64,000 bases of DNA from Takakia lepidozioides. Lineage: Eukaryota; Plantae; Bryophyta. Below are positions 37,120 through 49,889 of this stretch, piece after piece (positions within the stretch are counted from its first letter, which is position 1; each line of letters starts with the position of its first letter). The DNA lies in contig CM060731.1 in assembly GCA_030704615.1 (NCBI GenBank), positions 19,282,001 through 19,346,000 of the forward strand, read 5' to 3'. A program made the position numbers and the translations under genes. Under the pieces are notes generated by a model that was not told where the DNA came from, did no database searches, and was given only the letters and a program-made list of their open reading frames with translations.

Positions 37120-38418
37120 ATGGAGAAAATTGTTGATTATGCTCGATTGAAAAGAATGACAGAAGCTGGAGATGATCAAAAGAGGGTGGCGATTGAGGGG
37201 GGGGATCAACAAAGGCCAGTGAAGAGAGTTAGGCGGGAAAAAGGATCTTCTGCCAAAGAGAGAACCAGCAAAATCCCTCCTTGTGTACCGGGCAAGCGAA
37301 GCTCCATCTATCGGGGAGTCACCCGACATAGATGGACAGGACGGTACGAAGCTCACCTTTGGGACAAAAGCACTTGGAACCAGACTCAAAACAAAAAGGG
37401 CAAGCAAGTGTACCTGGGTGCCTATGATGAAGAAGAAGCTGCAGCGCGAGCTTACGACCTGGCTGCTCTGAAGTATTGGGGCGCTGGAACTCTCATAAAC
37501 TTTCCTGTGATTGAGTACGCCAAGGATATTGAGGAGATGCAAAATGTTTCAAGAGAGGAATATCTTGCGTCCCTGAGAAGAAAAAGCAGTGGTTTTTCAA
37601 GAGGAGTGTCCAAGTACCGTGGAGTTGCAAGACATCATCATAATGGGCGGTGGGAGGCTCGCATAGGTCGTGTGTTCGGTAACAAATACCTCTACTTGGG
37701 GACTTACAGCACACAGGAGGAGGCTGCGGCCGCATACGATATGGCAGCCATCGAGTACCGGGGTCTCAATGCCGTCACAAATTTTGATCTGAGCCGGTAC
37801 ATTCGGTGGTTGCGCCCAGGCCAAGCTGATGCCACAGCAGATGCTGAGAATGGCAGTCGTAACGTGAAGGCCAGTGACGACCTCCCATCTCCAGTCGCTG
37901 ACGAGCCTCCAGTAAAGAATCAGCAAACGCAAGTCTGGCCTGGACAACCAGCCAGTGAGCCTTACGAGCTTCCTTCCCTGTCACTGCAGCTGCACCCAAG
38001 TGCGCCCGTACAGAAGCCCGGGGGAGCTTCTGCCCCAACAGCTCTCAGTCTCTTACTGCAGTCATCCATGTTCAAGTCAATGCTTGAGCGAGCCTCTAGT
38101 GGTGTTACGACCACAGCTACGGAGCCAAAGCATGACGCCGAAGCTGAACTCGGTCACATTCTGCGCCGCCACCAACCGGCTTCAATGACAGAAGATCCCC
38201 AAGAGAGCCTGTATGGATCAGAGAGCAGCCTGCATTGTCCTCAAATGTTCCACCAAGGTCTCCAAAATGGATTATTTTACAACTATGGCGGCCCTGCCGC
38301 CATGCCCATGGGCCAAGATGCTGCCACAAGCACCGTCGCCGATTCGCAGCCTGGACCAGCCTTTTCATGGAACCCCTTTGGACTACCCATAGGGGTAGAG
38401 CAATTGGCAACTTGCTAG
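37120..38418 (+). CDS. Double-AP2 transcription factor, basal ANT (WRINKLED/ADAP-like); intronless CDS; start may be 37084 or 37156
   Basis: [42 protein letters not shown], linker [42 protein letters not shown], and [14 protein letters not shown] motif in one ORF. Confidence 0.95.
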   Translation: MEKIVDYARLKRMTEAGDDQKRVAIEGGDQQRPVKRVRREKGSSAKERTSKIPPCVPGKRSSIYRGVTRHRWTGRYEAHLWDKSTWNQTQNKKGKQVYLGAYDEEEAAARAYDLAALKYWGAGTLINFPVIEYAKDIEEMQNVSREEYLASLRRKSSGFSRGVSKYRGVARHHHNGRWEARIGRVFGNKYLYLGTYSTQEEAAAAYDMAAIEYRGLNAVTNFDLSRYIRWLRPGQADATADAENGSRNVKASDDLPSPVADEPPVKNQQTQVWPGQPASEPYELPSLSLQLHPSAPVQKPGGASAPTALSLLLQSSMFKSMLERASSGVTTTATEPKHDAEAELGHILRRHQPASMTEDPQESLYGSESSLHCPQMFHQGLQNGLFYNYGGPAAMPMGQDAATSTVADSQPGPAFSWNPFGLPIGVEQLATC

Positions 38419-40437
38419 AGTGCAACTCGCCGTTATTGCCTGAGCCAGCTACAAACTATCCAGTCAGCCATGGCATTACTAACACTCGTGTTACTTCAGC
38501 AACAAACTCACATATGTCAGGAAGGGTTCGCTCGATACAAATCTCTCTTAGATTTTGAAAATAGAGAGACAGGCACTGCCAAATCTGCAGCCCTGAGATC
38601 ATAGGTCGATGATATCTGTAGGTAGTCGTCCGCAAGGAATGAAGCTTCTAAAGTGAAGACAGAAATTGTTTGAGAATAATGTGACTTCAGTTACAGTTCT
38701 TAGGCTCTAGAGTTCCCAAATGTTGGGATATACATTGGAGAAACCTAGCTCCAAACTTTAGGTACCTGCTCAACCTTCAGGCATGATTCTTCATTCGAAG
38801 AAAATTTGTTGTACATTCGTTCGATTTTGAACGATTCAATTCAAATTTTCAACCCTCTAACGGGCTTTTAAATCCCCAAATCTCCATGTTGCCGTGCTAC
38901 ATGCACCAACGTGATCAAACTCTCCGAATTGACATTCATAATTCTTCACATGTGGCTTGATGTTGGCCTGCCCCGCTCTCCCTGTCACGGACTACATGTC
39001 GCAAGCCTATACACCAGTTGGATGATTGCCAGCATTGTCTTTGCTCTTAAGAGCTCCACAGTTTGAAGTCTACATGCAACTAGTGTCTATTCGTAACGCT
39101 CATGCGAGCCAATTGTTACAGATACTGTACGTAGAGCAGTACTAGTTGACACAGTAGAAAATTACCGTCCAACAAGGATAGATCGTGATGACAAAACGTT
39201 CATGGCTTTCCTTTCCCGAGGCCGGCATGGGGTACGTAAACATATTACATTCAGTGTAAGGCAACGTATTATGACATCACTAATTTACCCGGTCTTACGC
39301 ATGTCAGGGTACAAAGGCTGGGAAAACCATGACCGCACGGTTGTCAACGGTGTTGTTCAAGCTCCTGTGGCACTTGGATGTCTACTCTCTAAACAAAATG
39401 CTGTGCTCGGCAGTGACCTACAAGGGCCGCACGCTATGGGTGCTTGGTGAATGCCCGAGTTGATTAGGGTTAGAAGGTGAGCCGATGCTGGATTCTCTCG
39501 ACTCTCGATCGTCCTCCTGCTAGTCTTATGAGACTCGAGATGCTCCCCTACCCAACTTTCTTCTGTGATGGACTATGGAAGAGGACCGTCGCTCGAGCGA
39601 TCCGATCTGCGAGACGACATTTTGTTTTTTAAATTTTAAACGAACATTTCAAACTTTATATATCTATACATAATTATGTTCTACGTGTACTCGTCGTGTG
39701 CATCCACGTGGATTTACCGAAAGGCGACTCGCCAGCAGCTTCCAAACAGGCAGGTGTCGGTCGCCGGCTGTCATCTGCTTTCCACGAGCCGGTCGACAAG
39801 TGCTTCCAGGGCGGGGCAGTGCCGAGGAATTGGACGAGTAGGGCGAGATCGTTGTGTGCGGAAGTGTGTCTGATCGTCTGAATTTTCTGTTGCGGAGTGG
39901 AGCGTCTCGTTGATTTCAGATCTTGTTTCCTTGTCGATCTTCCAAGGTTTTGAATTTTTTTTGTTCGGGTCTCCTGTCTCTCTGTTATACAGTATAAAGT
40001 TCCATTTCATATCATTTCTGTTTTGGTTCTTGCAATTTCTGTATCTTCTCGCTTGTTTGGTCCTCTCTCCCCCAAATTGGAAGTGTTTGAGTAGAGTGGA
40101 AGTCATCCTATACTTCCATATTTACTTCTCTCTGGGACTCTCGACACACACACACTCTGCTAATTAAGCTGGCCTCGCATTGCTCTCTCAGCTTCTGAGG
40201 CCTGCCTCCAATTTATTCAATCAATACAACACATATTCCTGGCCTTTTTTTAATCTATTCTACATATTATCCTCACTCCTGTTCGTGGAGGAGGAGTCAT
40301 CTTTTGCTCAAAATTCTCCCTGTAAGAGTTTGGAGAGAACAGTTTTGTCTCTCTCAAAATTGTAGTCTTGAGTTGCGTGTTCTCATTGGTTTGTAGTTGT
40401 AACCTGAATTGGTGCTTCCTCTGATTGAACCTTCAGA

Positions 40438-43400
40438 ATGCCAGGCGCTCAGGGATGGAAACTGGCTCCATATCCAAAGATTGAAAAGGGAAAGAAGGTT
40501 GCAGTTATAATTCTGGACGGGTGGGGCGAAAATATTCCCGATGAATATAATGCCATTCATATTGCAAAAACTCCTATCATGGATTCATTGAAGGAGGTGA
40601 TTACTCTCAGTCCTCCCCCCTCGCAATCGCATCCTGGTTGTGGAGGACAGCTTTTACATGATTTTGTGTCATATTTGTGATGGTATAACTTGTATAAATT
40701 GAAGGCCTCTGGGAGTTGTACTCAAGAGTGTGACAGTCTCTATTGATTTTCGTCTTAACAGTCCTAGGATTTACCTAGGAGAGGATATCCAGTTTGTTTG
40801 GTCTCCGATTGCTGCTCAAGAAGAATTTACGAACGTAGTTGAGAGAAGGATTCAACCATTTCGAATGATGTTTACCTTTCACGATACATTAATTGTCAAA
40901 TTGTGACGCTGGTGATTTTTTCCAGCTTGAATGTTATGAAGAACCTTGATAGCTGGTATGTAGTATGTGAAAGCATCTCCTAGGTTCTGTTCCTTACCGA
41001 TTGATGCCAGTCCTTCATGAGCTATTAATACTATGGTGATGAAAGCAAGAAAACTTGATATTCAGTTGCCTCAACTTTCCTTTCTGCATGGTTGAAAATT
41101 TTGATTCTGTAGAATCTCCATATCTTCCAGCTATTTTTTTTACTGTATATCCGAGACATGTGGTACCCTCTGACCTTCAAATTCTTGTAGCATCAGCCCT
41201 TTTGGTTGCTATTCCTCATTTAGTGGATACTTTGTGCAGACTGCTCCGAACAGATGGCGCTTGATCAAGGCACACGGAACTGCAGTGGGCTTGCCTTCTG
41301 ACGATGATATGGGCAACAGTGAGGTTGGCCATAATGCTCTGGGTGCTGGTCGCATCTTCAAGCAAGGGTGCGTTGTATATGGCATACCGATAGCTTCTAG
41401 ATTAAGAAATTAGTACTAATAACTTCTTGTAATTTAACCATTTAGGAAAGATGTATATAATGAGTTTTTAATTAAGTAATGCTTTTTCTTTGAAGGAAAG
41501 AGCTATCATGCATTGCTGAAGGGCCAGCAGGTTGTGAAACATGAAAACAGCCAGCAAACAGAAAAAATGTCAGTCACCATTGTATCCACATCATTTGATG
41601 AATTTGGATGAAGTGCTTGAGATGGTAAAATTTAGTCAACCTTCAAATCATTTGACGCACACTATGTGGTTGCTGACATGTAGTTGTGAAAAAGTTTCAT
41701 ATTTCCCAAAGTGCACATCCCACACACCATCAACTGTCAGAAGTTTAGGTTGGTAATACTTTTTGGTATTGTGCTGCTGGATAAGGAAAGATATTGAAAG
41801 TGGGTGGCTGATGATTGGAGCAGGGCATCTCTTGTGGACTCTGCGCTGGAGACAGGCAAGATCTATGAGGATGAAGGCTTTACATATATAAAAGAAGCTT
41901 TCCCAACCGGCACTCTGCACTTGATAGGTCTCGTTAGTGATGGTGGTGTGCATTCCCGCCTTGATCAGCTCCAGGTTAGTTCTGCTAAGATTTCATACTC
42001 CCAGTATGGGAAAGAAAAGGGGACAGAAGACAAACAAAGATACAAAATGTGTGGGTGAAACTCTCTCCTGTCTGGTTACTATGATGGCAATGTACTGTCT
42101 GAACAACTCCTTGCTGGTAGTTCTAACATAGTGCTGAGAGTAGTCTAAGCCCTATCTGTCCTGATAGTAAGAAACTCAGATTCAGTTCAGAATGAGGAAA
42201 TAATTATTCGGTCTGGTTTATAGCTTTGACTATTTTCCAGATATCATTTGGACATCTATGCCTCACAGCAATGGGACTTATAGGCAAGAGGTACTATGTG
42301 ACATAAATTCTCAGGGGATAAAGAGAGGCCTGCCACCCATTCTGCTCAGACTGTTTATTTGCACTTGCTACAAATACTGAGATTTTACAGTTTGGGAGAG
42401 GCTAAATTCCTCTGGAAGGTTGGTTCTTCTTGTCTGTATTTCCAATTTTGTTTTTGAACTCACATATTGTCTTTGCATATGATGATAACTTGGGCAGAGT
42501 TTGTTGAAAGGGTGTGCTGCCAACGGAGCAAAAAGAATACGCGTCCATGTTCTCACAGATGGCCGAGATGTAGCAGAGGGGTCCAGCCTGAAATATGTGG
42601 AGCAGCTGGAGACCGATTTGGAGGAGCTGCGCAACCAAGGAGTTGATGCATTGATTGCTTCGGGGGGTGGCCGTATGGCTGTGACCATGGATCGTTACGA
42701 GGTAGTTGGCCCCCTTTTGAGACCGGGCTGCTATGGCCCTCAATGCACATGCTTTTGTAGGGATTTATGTGCTTCTGCTGGTATCTTCTCTCCTCCCTCA
42801 TCTCATTTTAACAACATAATGGGAACATCACATACCAGTAAAAGCAGGTGCACTTGAAAGACGAATTTATTGTAGCTGTTTCTGAGTACAAGCAAATAAC
42901 ACATTCCATGGTTTTCAAGCGTTGGTGCTTTGACACCTGTCACATTGGGTATAAGAATCTCAGGTCAGTGTATTGCTATTTTTGGCATACTTCATGAGGT
43001 TGGCTAGCTTTGTCAGAGTTTTGTGGCTATGTTTTGACAGTACTGTGCATTCTCTATTTCTTTGACCATTCTCCCAATGTCTTTATTTCCTTTACAGCTA
43101 ATCATGATTGTTCTCTCCCAAAGTGGTAGCTGGTTACCTGCATGAGGCACTCCATATCCGAGCAGTGTTTTCAGTGTTTTGACATTTTTCAGTGTTTGGA
43201 GTTTACTAGGCTCTCATATTGATGTATGTTTTTTATCTTCCTCTGCCCCATAAGGTCTTTGTGCTTCCCATGGACATTTTAAAGTTACTCCGGATGGGAA
43301 AACCTGCAACGGGAGGACCGCCTATGTCCAGCTTGCACAGGGCACAACCGGGAAATTGAAACTGAAGAACACTTCTTCTATTGCCCTCTATACTACGAGA

Positions 43401-46400
43401 TCCGTGGGAGATTCCACTGTATATTCCGTGGAACCCAATCTCTCACTGAAGTCTTCCACTATGAGGATCAGAAATGCTTGGCAGCTTACCTGCACGAGGC
43501 CTTCACCCTTAGACAATCACTCGAGCAATAGTTTTTATTCTTGGCTCTGGTTTTGTTTCCACTCTCATGTTTTCTTCCATTTTGTCCCATAAGCTCTATG
43601 AGCTTTCCGCGGACATTATAAAGCACCATTTCATTCATTTCATTTCTCTTTCTCTTTCTTGTTTCCACGAAGGCCAAGCTGGCTTTTGGCGAAACAGGGG
43701 CTGTGTGGATCATATCTTCACTCTAAGCCAGATTATCCAGGGAAGGAAAAAAGAAGGGAAACCCACTTATTGTTTTTTCCTGGATGTCAAAAAGGCTTAT
43801 GACACAGTGTGGAGAGATGGCCTATGGTTCCGCCTCTGGTCTTGTGGGATCAAGGGAAAGATGTGGAGAGTTGTCCACAACTTGTATGCTCACACCAAAA
43901 GCTGTGTCACTGTTAACGGACAGAAGTCCAACTTCTTTGACATAGACCAAGGTGTAGCTCAAGGATGTACTCTCTCCCCTCTGCTCTTCAATGTTTTTAT
44001 CAATCAACTCCTCGAGGATGTGGAAAGTGAGGGATTTGGGTTAAGGGTGGGTGATACCACCATACCAGCCCTTATGTTTGCGGATGACTTCACAGGCATA
44101 GGGGAGACTCCAACCAATCTCCAGGAGTTGATTGATTGCGCGAAGAGATACTTTGATCTTTGGGGGCTAGAGGCTAATGTCAGCAAATGTGCAGTGGTAG
44201 CATTCAACGACAGAGGAGAGGGAGGAAGTGATCTTAAGTGGCGGTGGGGTAGCCAAGAGATCCCGGTCCTCCCTTCCTACACTTACCTGGGCGTTGAATT
44301 TTCCTCCAATTGTAATTGGGATGCACATATCCGGAAAGTTGTTCAAACTGGCAAGGGCAAAGCTCTGGGGCTCACTAAATTTTTCCACTGCAGAGGGGTC
44401 AACTCTGAGGTTAAGAAAACCATGCTTTGCCGCGTTATTAGACCTGCCTTGGAGTACGGATCTGCTATATGGGTTGATAACTCCAACCAGGCTAAGTCTC
44501 TAGAATCCATTCAAGTGGGGGTGCTTAAGGAGTGTATGTCAGCATGCTCCAAAACAGCCAATGTGCCTGTTCGGGGTGAGTTTGGCATTCTGTCCTTAAG
44601 CTCCCGACGAGATGAATTCAAGGTCAGATGGTGGGGTCAGCTGCAACATATGCCCAACACCAGATATCCTAAGTTAATCGACTCTATATCTTGGAAACAG
44701 GACCGCCCTGTCAAACAGGCTAAGTCCTGGCAGAAGAGAGTAGAAGAGATTCTCAAGGTCCTGGACCTGGATCCGCAAGTCTTGACCCTGCTGGATAAAT
44801 CTGATTTAGAGGCTGTAGTATCCGATGCCATGTCTGTTGCCATGAGATTGTCTGATGAAAATGAAGTTAGGCAGAAAACCTCCCTGAACTTGTTTCCAGT
44901 CGGTGACATGGGGGAGGACATCTTGGATGACCTCAAGGGTCTACCCACTCTCGGCACTAGACTGAAATTTTAAACTCAGGGCAGGAAGCCTACCTTTGAA
45001 CAGCAAACAGAAGCAGAGAGGAAAGGGAGAGTGCAATTGCCCATTGTGTGGGCAATCTGAAGACAGTATTCATTTTCTGATACACTGTCCGGGGTTCTCT
45101 CACCAAAGGGACGCTCTCTTCAACTCTATCAAGGGAATTGTGCCTGTACCCCTGTTTACCAACTTTGAAAGTCTCGAGGCTGAGCCAAAAGCCCAGGCCC
45201 TCCTGAGGCCTAGTTTTTGGGCAAATCACACACAGCAGATTGATGCTTGTGTGAAGGGATTTCTAGAGGATATCTGGAAAACCCAGATTAATTCTTTATA
45301 TGAAGGTAAGTCTTACTACCAACGTCAGCCCCTGACAGAGGTAGGTTCTGTCCCTTTTGTTCCCGCTCAAACTGGGCGCGGGGTCAATGGCCACAAGGCT
45401 ATGGCAAACAACGTCTTATGAGTACAATCTCTTTCTCTTTCCTTTATGTTCCGTTCAAACTGGGCGCGGGGTCAATGGCCACAAGGCTACGGCAAACAAT
45501 GTCTTATGAGTACAATCTCTTCCTCTTTCTCTCTCCTTTTGTCCCATAAGGACAAAAGGACCATAAGGACCATTTGATTTCATTTCTCTCCTTTTGTCCC
45601 ATAAGCTCTCGGAGCTTTCTGCGGACGTTATAAAGTTCCCATTTCATTTAATTTCTCTTTCTTTTGATCCCTATATGCAGAACACCCATAATTCTTTCAA
45701 ATGCCAGTATTTCCTTCTTAGTTTCCTATTGTCTTCCTATGTGCAGAATGACTGGAATGTGGTGAAGAGAGGTTGGGACGCCCAAGTGTTGGGAGAAGCC
45801 CCCCACAAATTTACAAGTTGCCTTGAAGCTTTGAAGAAGCTGAAGGAATTGGACCCCAAATTGACCGATCAATACTATCCACCTTTTATTATTGTCGACT
45901 CCACTGGCAAGCCAGTTGGGCCTATTGTGAATGGAGATGCAGTGGTAACCTTCAATTTTCGTGCAGATCGAATGGTTATGGTTGCCACGGCCTTGGAATC
46001 CGAGAACTTTGACAAGTTTGATAGAGTCCGGGTTCCAAAGATCAAATATGCTGGTATGCTGCAGTATGACGGAGAAATCAAACTTCCTAAACATTATTTG
46101 GTGTCTCCACCTCAAATTGATGAGACTTCTGGCGAGTATTTGGTGAATAATGGGATCAGGACCTGGGCATGCAGGTGAGAGATTGCACTTTTCTCTGCAG
46201 ATGAGATGTTTTTATCCTGTATTCACATATGGATATGGGGTAAATGATTCCAGACTTGTGAAGTGCTGCCTAGCAATAAGTCCACTCTGAACCAAAATTT
46301 CTTTTACAAATTAGAGACGTGAAGACGTATGCACTCGAAATAAACATGATAGTGGATGTTTGGTAAATACCAGCCTGATGCTAGTTTGGAGAGAGTACAT

Positions 46401-48897
46401 ATTTGGAGTTGGTTTATTGTTTGACATTGACCTGTGGTCTGGAGGTAAGATCCATAGTTTTCCAGTGCTGTTATCTGAAATAAAAAGAATTGTATTTCAG
46501 TGAAGCACAAAGGGTGCTCAGTCAGTAGAAGCCTAAAGGACGTCATACCCCAAGCGAAACCACTGAAGACGGTGAGACTGCAGTGAGCTCATATATTGAG
46601 GATGAATGGTTGTTGGACAGTGAGACTGTGAAGTTTGGGCATGTTACATTTGTCTGGAACGGTAATCGATCTGGACAGTTCAGCAACGACCTGGAAAAGT
46701 ATGTTGAGATTCCTAGCGACCAGGGTATCAGCTTTAATCAGCAACCCAAAATGAAGGCTATTGCCATAGCCGAGAAAGCCAGTGAGGCTCTCCGCAGTGG
46801 CGATTGGGACCAGGTATCTCTTCTCTTGGCCACCCATTGTCTTGATAAGAGAAAATCCTCTTTCACTCTCTCTTATACTACTTCTTTTATGTTTTTGTCA
46901 CATAGACTCTCTGTAGTTAAGAGAGAGAGGTTTAGGGATTTTTAAGGGAGCTGTGGAGTTCCTGTCTTTCATATTCTTCTTTCCTCATAAAGCACCATTT
47001 CACTTCATTTCATTTCCTTCTCCCTCATGTGTTATTCCATGGGCCCTCAGGCTCCCCATTGGATGTTGTAGAATTTCTATCTTTCATTCTGTTGTTCATA
47101 ACATTTGAGCCCTGTGGACTTTATGAATTTCTTCTTCGTTCTTGTCCTTCTTTATATGTTTAGTTCGTTGTTGTTTTATTTTCTTTGATTGACAATCTAG
47201 AGGGAGTGCAAATCAGGCTCACGACATTATCTGTAATGGGCAAACCATCATTTGACGACTTCTGGAAATTAGAGAAAAGATCCCATGGTGCCATTGAGTG
47301 ATGGTAATTGGAGGAATTTAAAAAGTTAAACAATCCCAGTGTCCTGAATGTCTATCTCGAACAAAGAATCAGCACATCTTTGACTTGAGTTTGCGGTAAG
47401 GTTGCCTTTGTGTCAAGTTACAAACGTGCCAGTGTTGGACGCATGTCAACTTCTAGCTCAGTATGGATGTACGTCTGCTGATGTCTGTATTACCTCCCAA
47501 GTGGCCTGTTCAAGTTCAAGGATGCACAATATTAGCATCTCCTGTGCCCATTTGGGGTCAACACCCAGTCCCGACAGCCATGAGGCGCCCAGCGCTTTGC
47601 TGGTGTTCCCACGCTGGGGCTGGCTATAGCTTCAATGGCTAAATGGTAATGGGATGGTACTCAAGATGGGATGGAGTATCTGACATTTAGAATCGGAAGG
47701 CATCTAAGAAATTGGTCGCAAGATCATCTCTCCCTTGAACCTCCATCCTCAGCAAAGGCGCCAGAAAATTATTTAGGTACCAGAAAAATAGACATCATGG
47801 AAGCAGTGCCAACTCGAAGACCTTGAACAACCATGAAATGGAAAGGCAGTGTATGCATATTTGTTGCGGTACCATCACACTAAATGACTTTTACCTGCAT
47901 TGTCATTAGGGAGGAGGTTTTGAGTTTCTGTGCCAACGTCAGTAGTTTGAGGGGTTGCAGGTGCGTGTGAACCTGGCAAATGGAGATATGGTGGGCCACA
48001 CGGGTGATCTTAAGGCAACGATTGTTGGCTGTGAGGCTGTAGACCAGGCTATCAAGGTCTTTATATCTATAAATCTTTGTTCTCTGCTCCTCCCATTCTT
48101 TGTAAAGCATGAGAGCTCACATTTATTGGCTGGATCAAGTAATGTACATGTGTTGTGTAAGAGTTACAAAAGTTAGTCATCAGAACTTGTGGATTCTTGA
48201 ATCCTTTTTGTATTGCTCAAAAGTCTTTCACTTTCTACAAAATCATTACTGAAACCTACATGTATTTGGAGGATTGTATCTGATGCGTGAGAAGATCATT
48301 GTAGATGAGAGCCTAAAAGGTTAATGTTTGGTCCTTCAGAAGTCTACCTGAGTGCAGTCGGTGGGTTGTTCTTGTATGGCTTGTGCAGATAATATTGGAT
48401 GCTGTAGAGAAAGTGGGAGGCATCTTCTTGGTAACAGCCGACCATGGTAATGCAGAGGACATGGTGAAAAGAAATGCAAAAACTGGCAAACCAGTGAAAG
48501 ACAAGGAAGGCAATGTTCAAATACTCACTGCCCATACATGTGACCCAGTAAGTGGGCTTCTTTCATAGCAATCTCTCTCTCTCTCTCTCTCTCAATGTCT
48601 GGAGTCTTTTGATGCAATTCTGTTGTTGTCCTACTTCCTTTAGGCCCTGGCGGTCCACTGTGGAAAATATGATGTGTGCAATCGGTTTACAGTTACCGTG
48701 ACGAAGCTAATACACTGTTGTGACGTTGGCCCTTGTAGGTACCCATTGCGATAGGAGGACCAGGTTTGCCCAATGGCGTAAAGTTTCGGACAGACTTACC
48801 CACGGCTGGACTCGCAAATGTCGCTGCGACATTCATTAATCTCCATGGATTTGAAGCCCCCCACAATTATGAGCCATCTTTGATTGAAGTTGTCTGA
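40438..48897 (+). CDS. iPGAM: 2,3-bisphosphoglycerate-independent phosphoglycerate mutase; exons 40438-40596, 41240-41367, 41824-41974, 42498-42701, 45747-46174, 46621-46813, 47961-48056, 48389-48547, 48739-48897
   Basis: [67 protein letters not shown]; all junctions GT-AG and in frame. Confidence 0.96.
43292..43655 (+). mobile_element. 3' end of RTEX-like LINE family 2 (zinc finger, 3' stem-loop, CATTT tail)
   Basis: Manual translation [15 protein letters not shown]...[20 protein letters not shown]... to stop at ~43531, then stem-loop TGTCC..AAGCTC-tat-GAGCTT..GGACA and (CATTT)-like repeats. Confidence 0.8.
43668..45530 (+). mobile_element. 5'-truncated non-LTR retrotransposon (RTEX-like, family 1) in iPGAM intron 4
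   Basis: [41 protein letters not shown]; a single +1 frameshift near 44970 restores FKLRAG; C-terminal CPLC...[10 protein letters not shown]; two ~88-bp terminal repeats at 45365-45530. Confidence 0.92.
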
Positions 48898-49889
48898 AGG
48901 CATCAACTACGAAGTATGGAGAAAGCAGCTTTCAGAGAAGAGGCGTTGGCGTATTCATACAAAATTTGATAGTAGAATAACCATCCTGACTCGACATTCT
49001 TTCGCTTAACTGGCACAATAGTTCAGGTTCTTGTAGTCTAAGTAGGCAAGTATTGACCTACATGATGACCTACCGTGTCTCTGAATTGGTCCAGACTCCA
49101 GAGGGAGAAGTCAGGAGTAAGGCGAGCGCCTTGCTCAGCGAACTCACAGAAGTACCACTGTGAAACGTCGTTGAAGGTTTGACATACATAATGCAATATA
49201 TAACCTTCGCTTCTCTCCCTTCCACATCTGCAGCTTGATTCCTCTCTCATACAGGCAAACATTCTCTAGTCTGTTTGTATCAGTGCCATGTACTTCACAA
49301 TCAAACACAAGTGATGCAAGCGACTCTCATGGAACAAATCATTCCTGTTTATTTGTGCCTAAAAGTTGATTACTGTCAGACTGTTCGTCAAATACATGCT
49401 CCAAGTATACGGTGTACAGAATCAGGTTGGTATTTACGGAAGAGATTGATTCCAACTGTCCACGCAGAGGATTGTCCTGGGCCGCTCGCAGAAAAAGCCA
49501 TGTGGGCAGCGGCTTGCGAGAAATGTGGAGGCGATGGTCGTCGGGCACGTCGCCCGCTTCTGCTCTGCGTTTGCCAAAGGAATAATAATCGATCTGTGAA
49601 GGGGGTGCCATGACTTTGTGGCGGGGGGGAACTGAAGCTAGGCCTTCCAGTTGTGTGTGAGGCGGATTTGAGCTTGTCAGCTTGAATGGGAGGAATGGAG
49701 AAGTTGAGAAGTTGGTGATGACGTTGGAGGACAGCATGGGAGTCACACCTCTGTGGCCCCAGCTGCTTTATCAGTTGGATTCTGAGTTGAATTCTCGACT
49801 ATAGTCGTTCGTGGAGACTGGTTACTGGGTTCTGGGCAAGGAAGTAAGCGAACGAACAGGTGGCTGGTAGGTTACTGGGGAACAGCAGG

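Noticed and set aside
43575-43650. Hammerhead or other ribozyme at the LINE boundary
   Set aside because: A stem-loop is present, but no CUGANGA/GAAA core was found on either strand.
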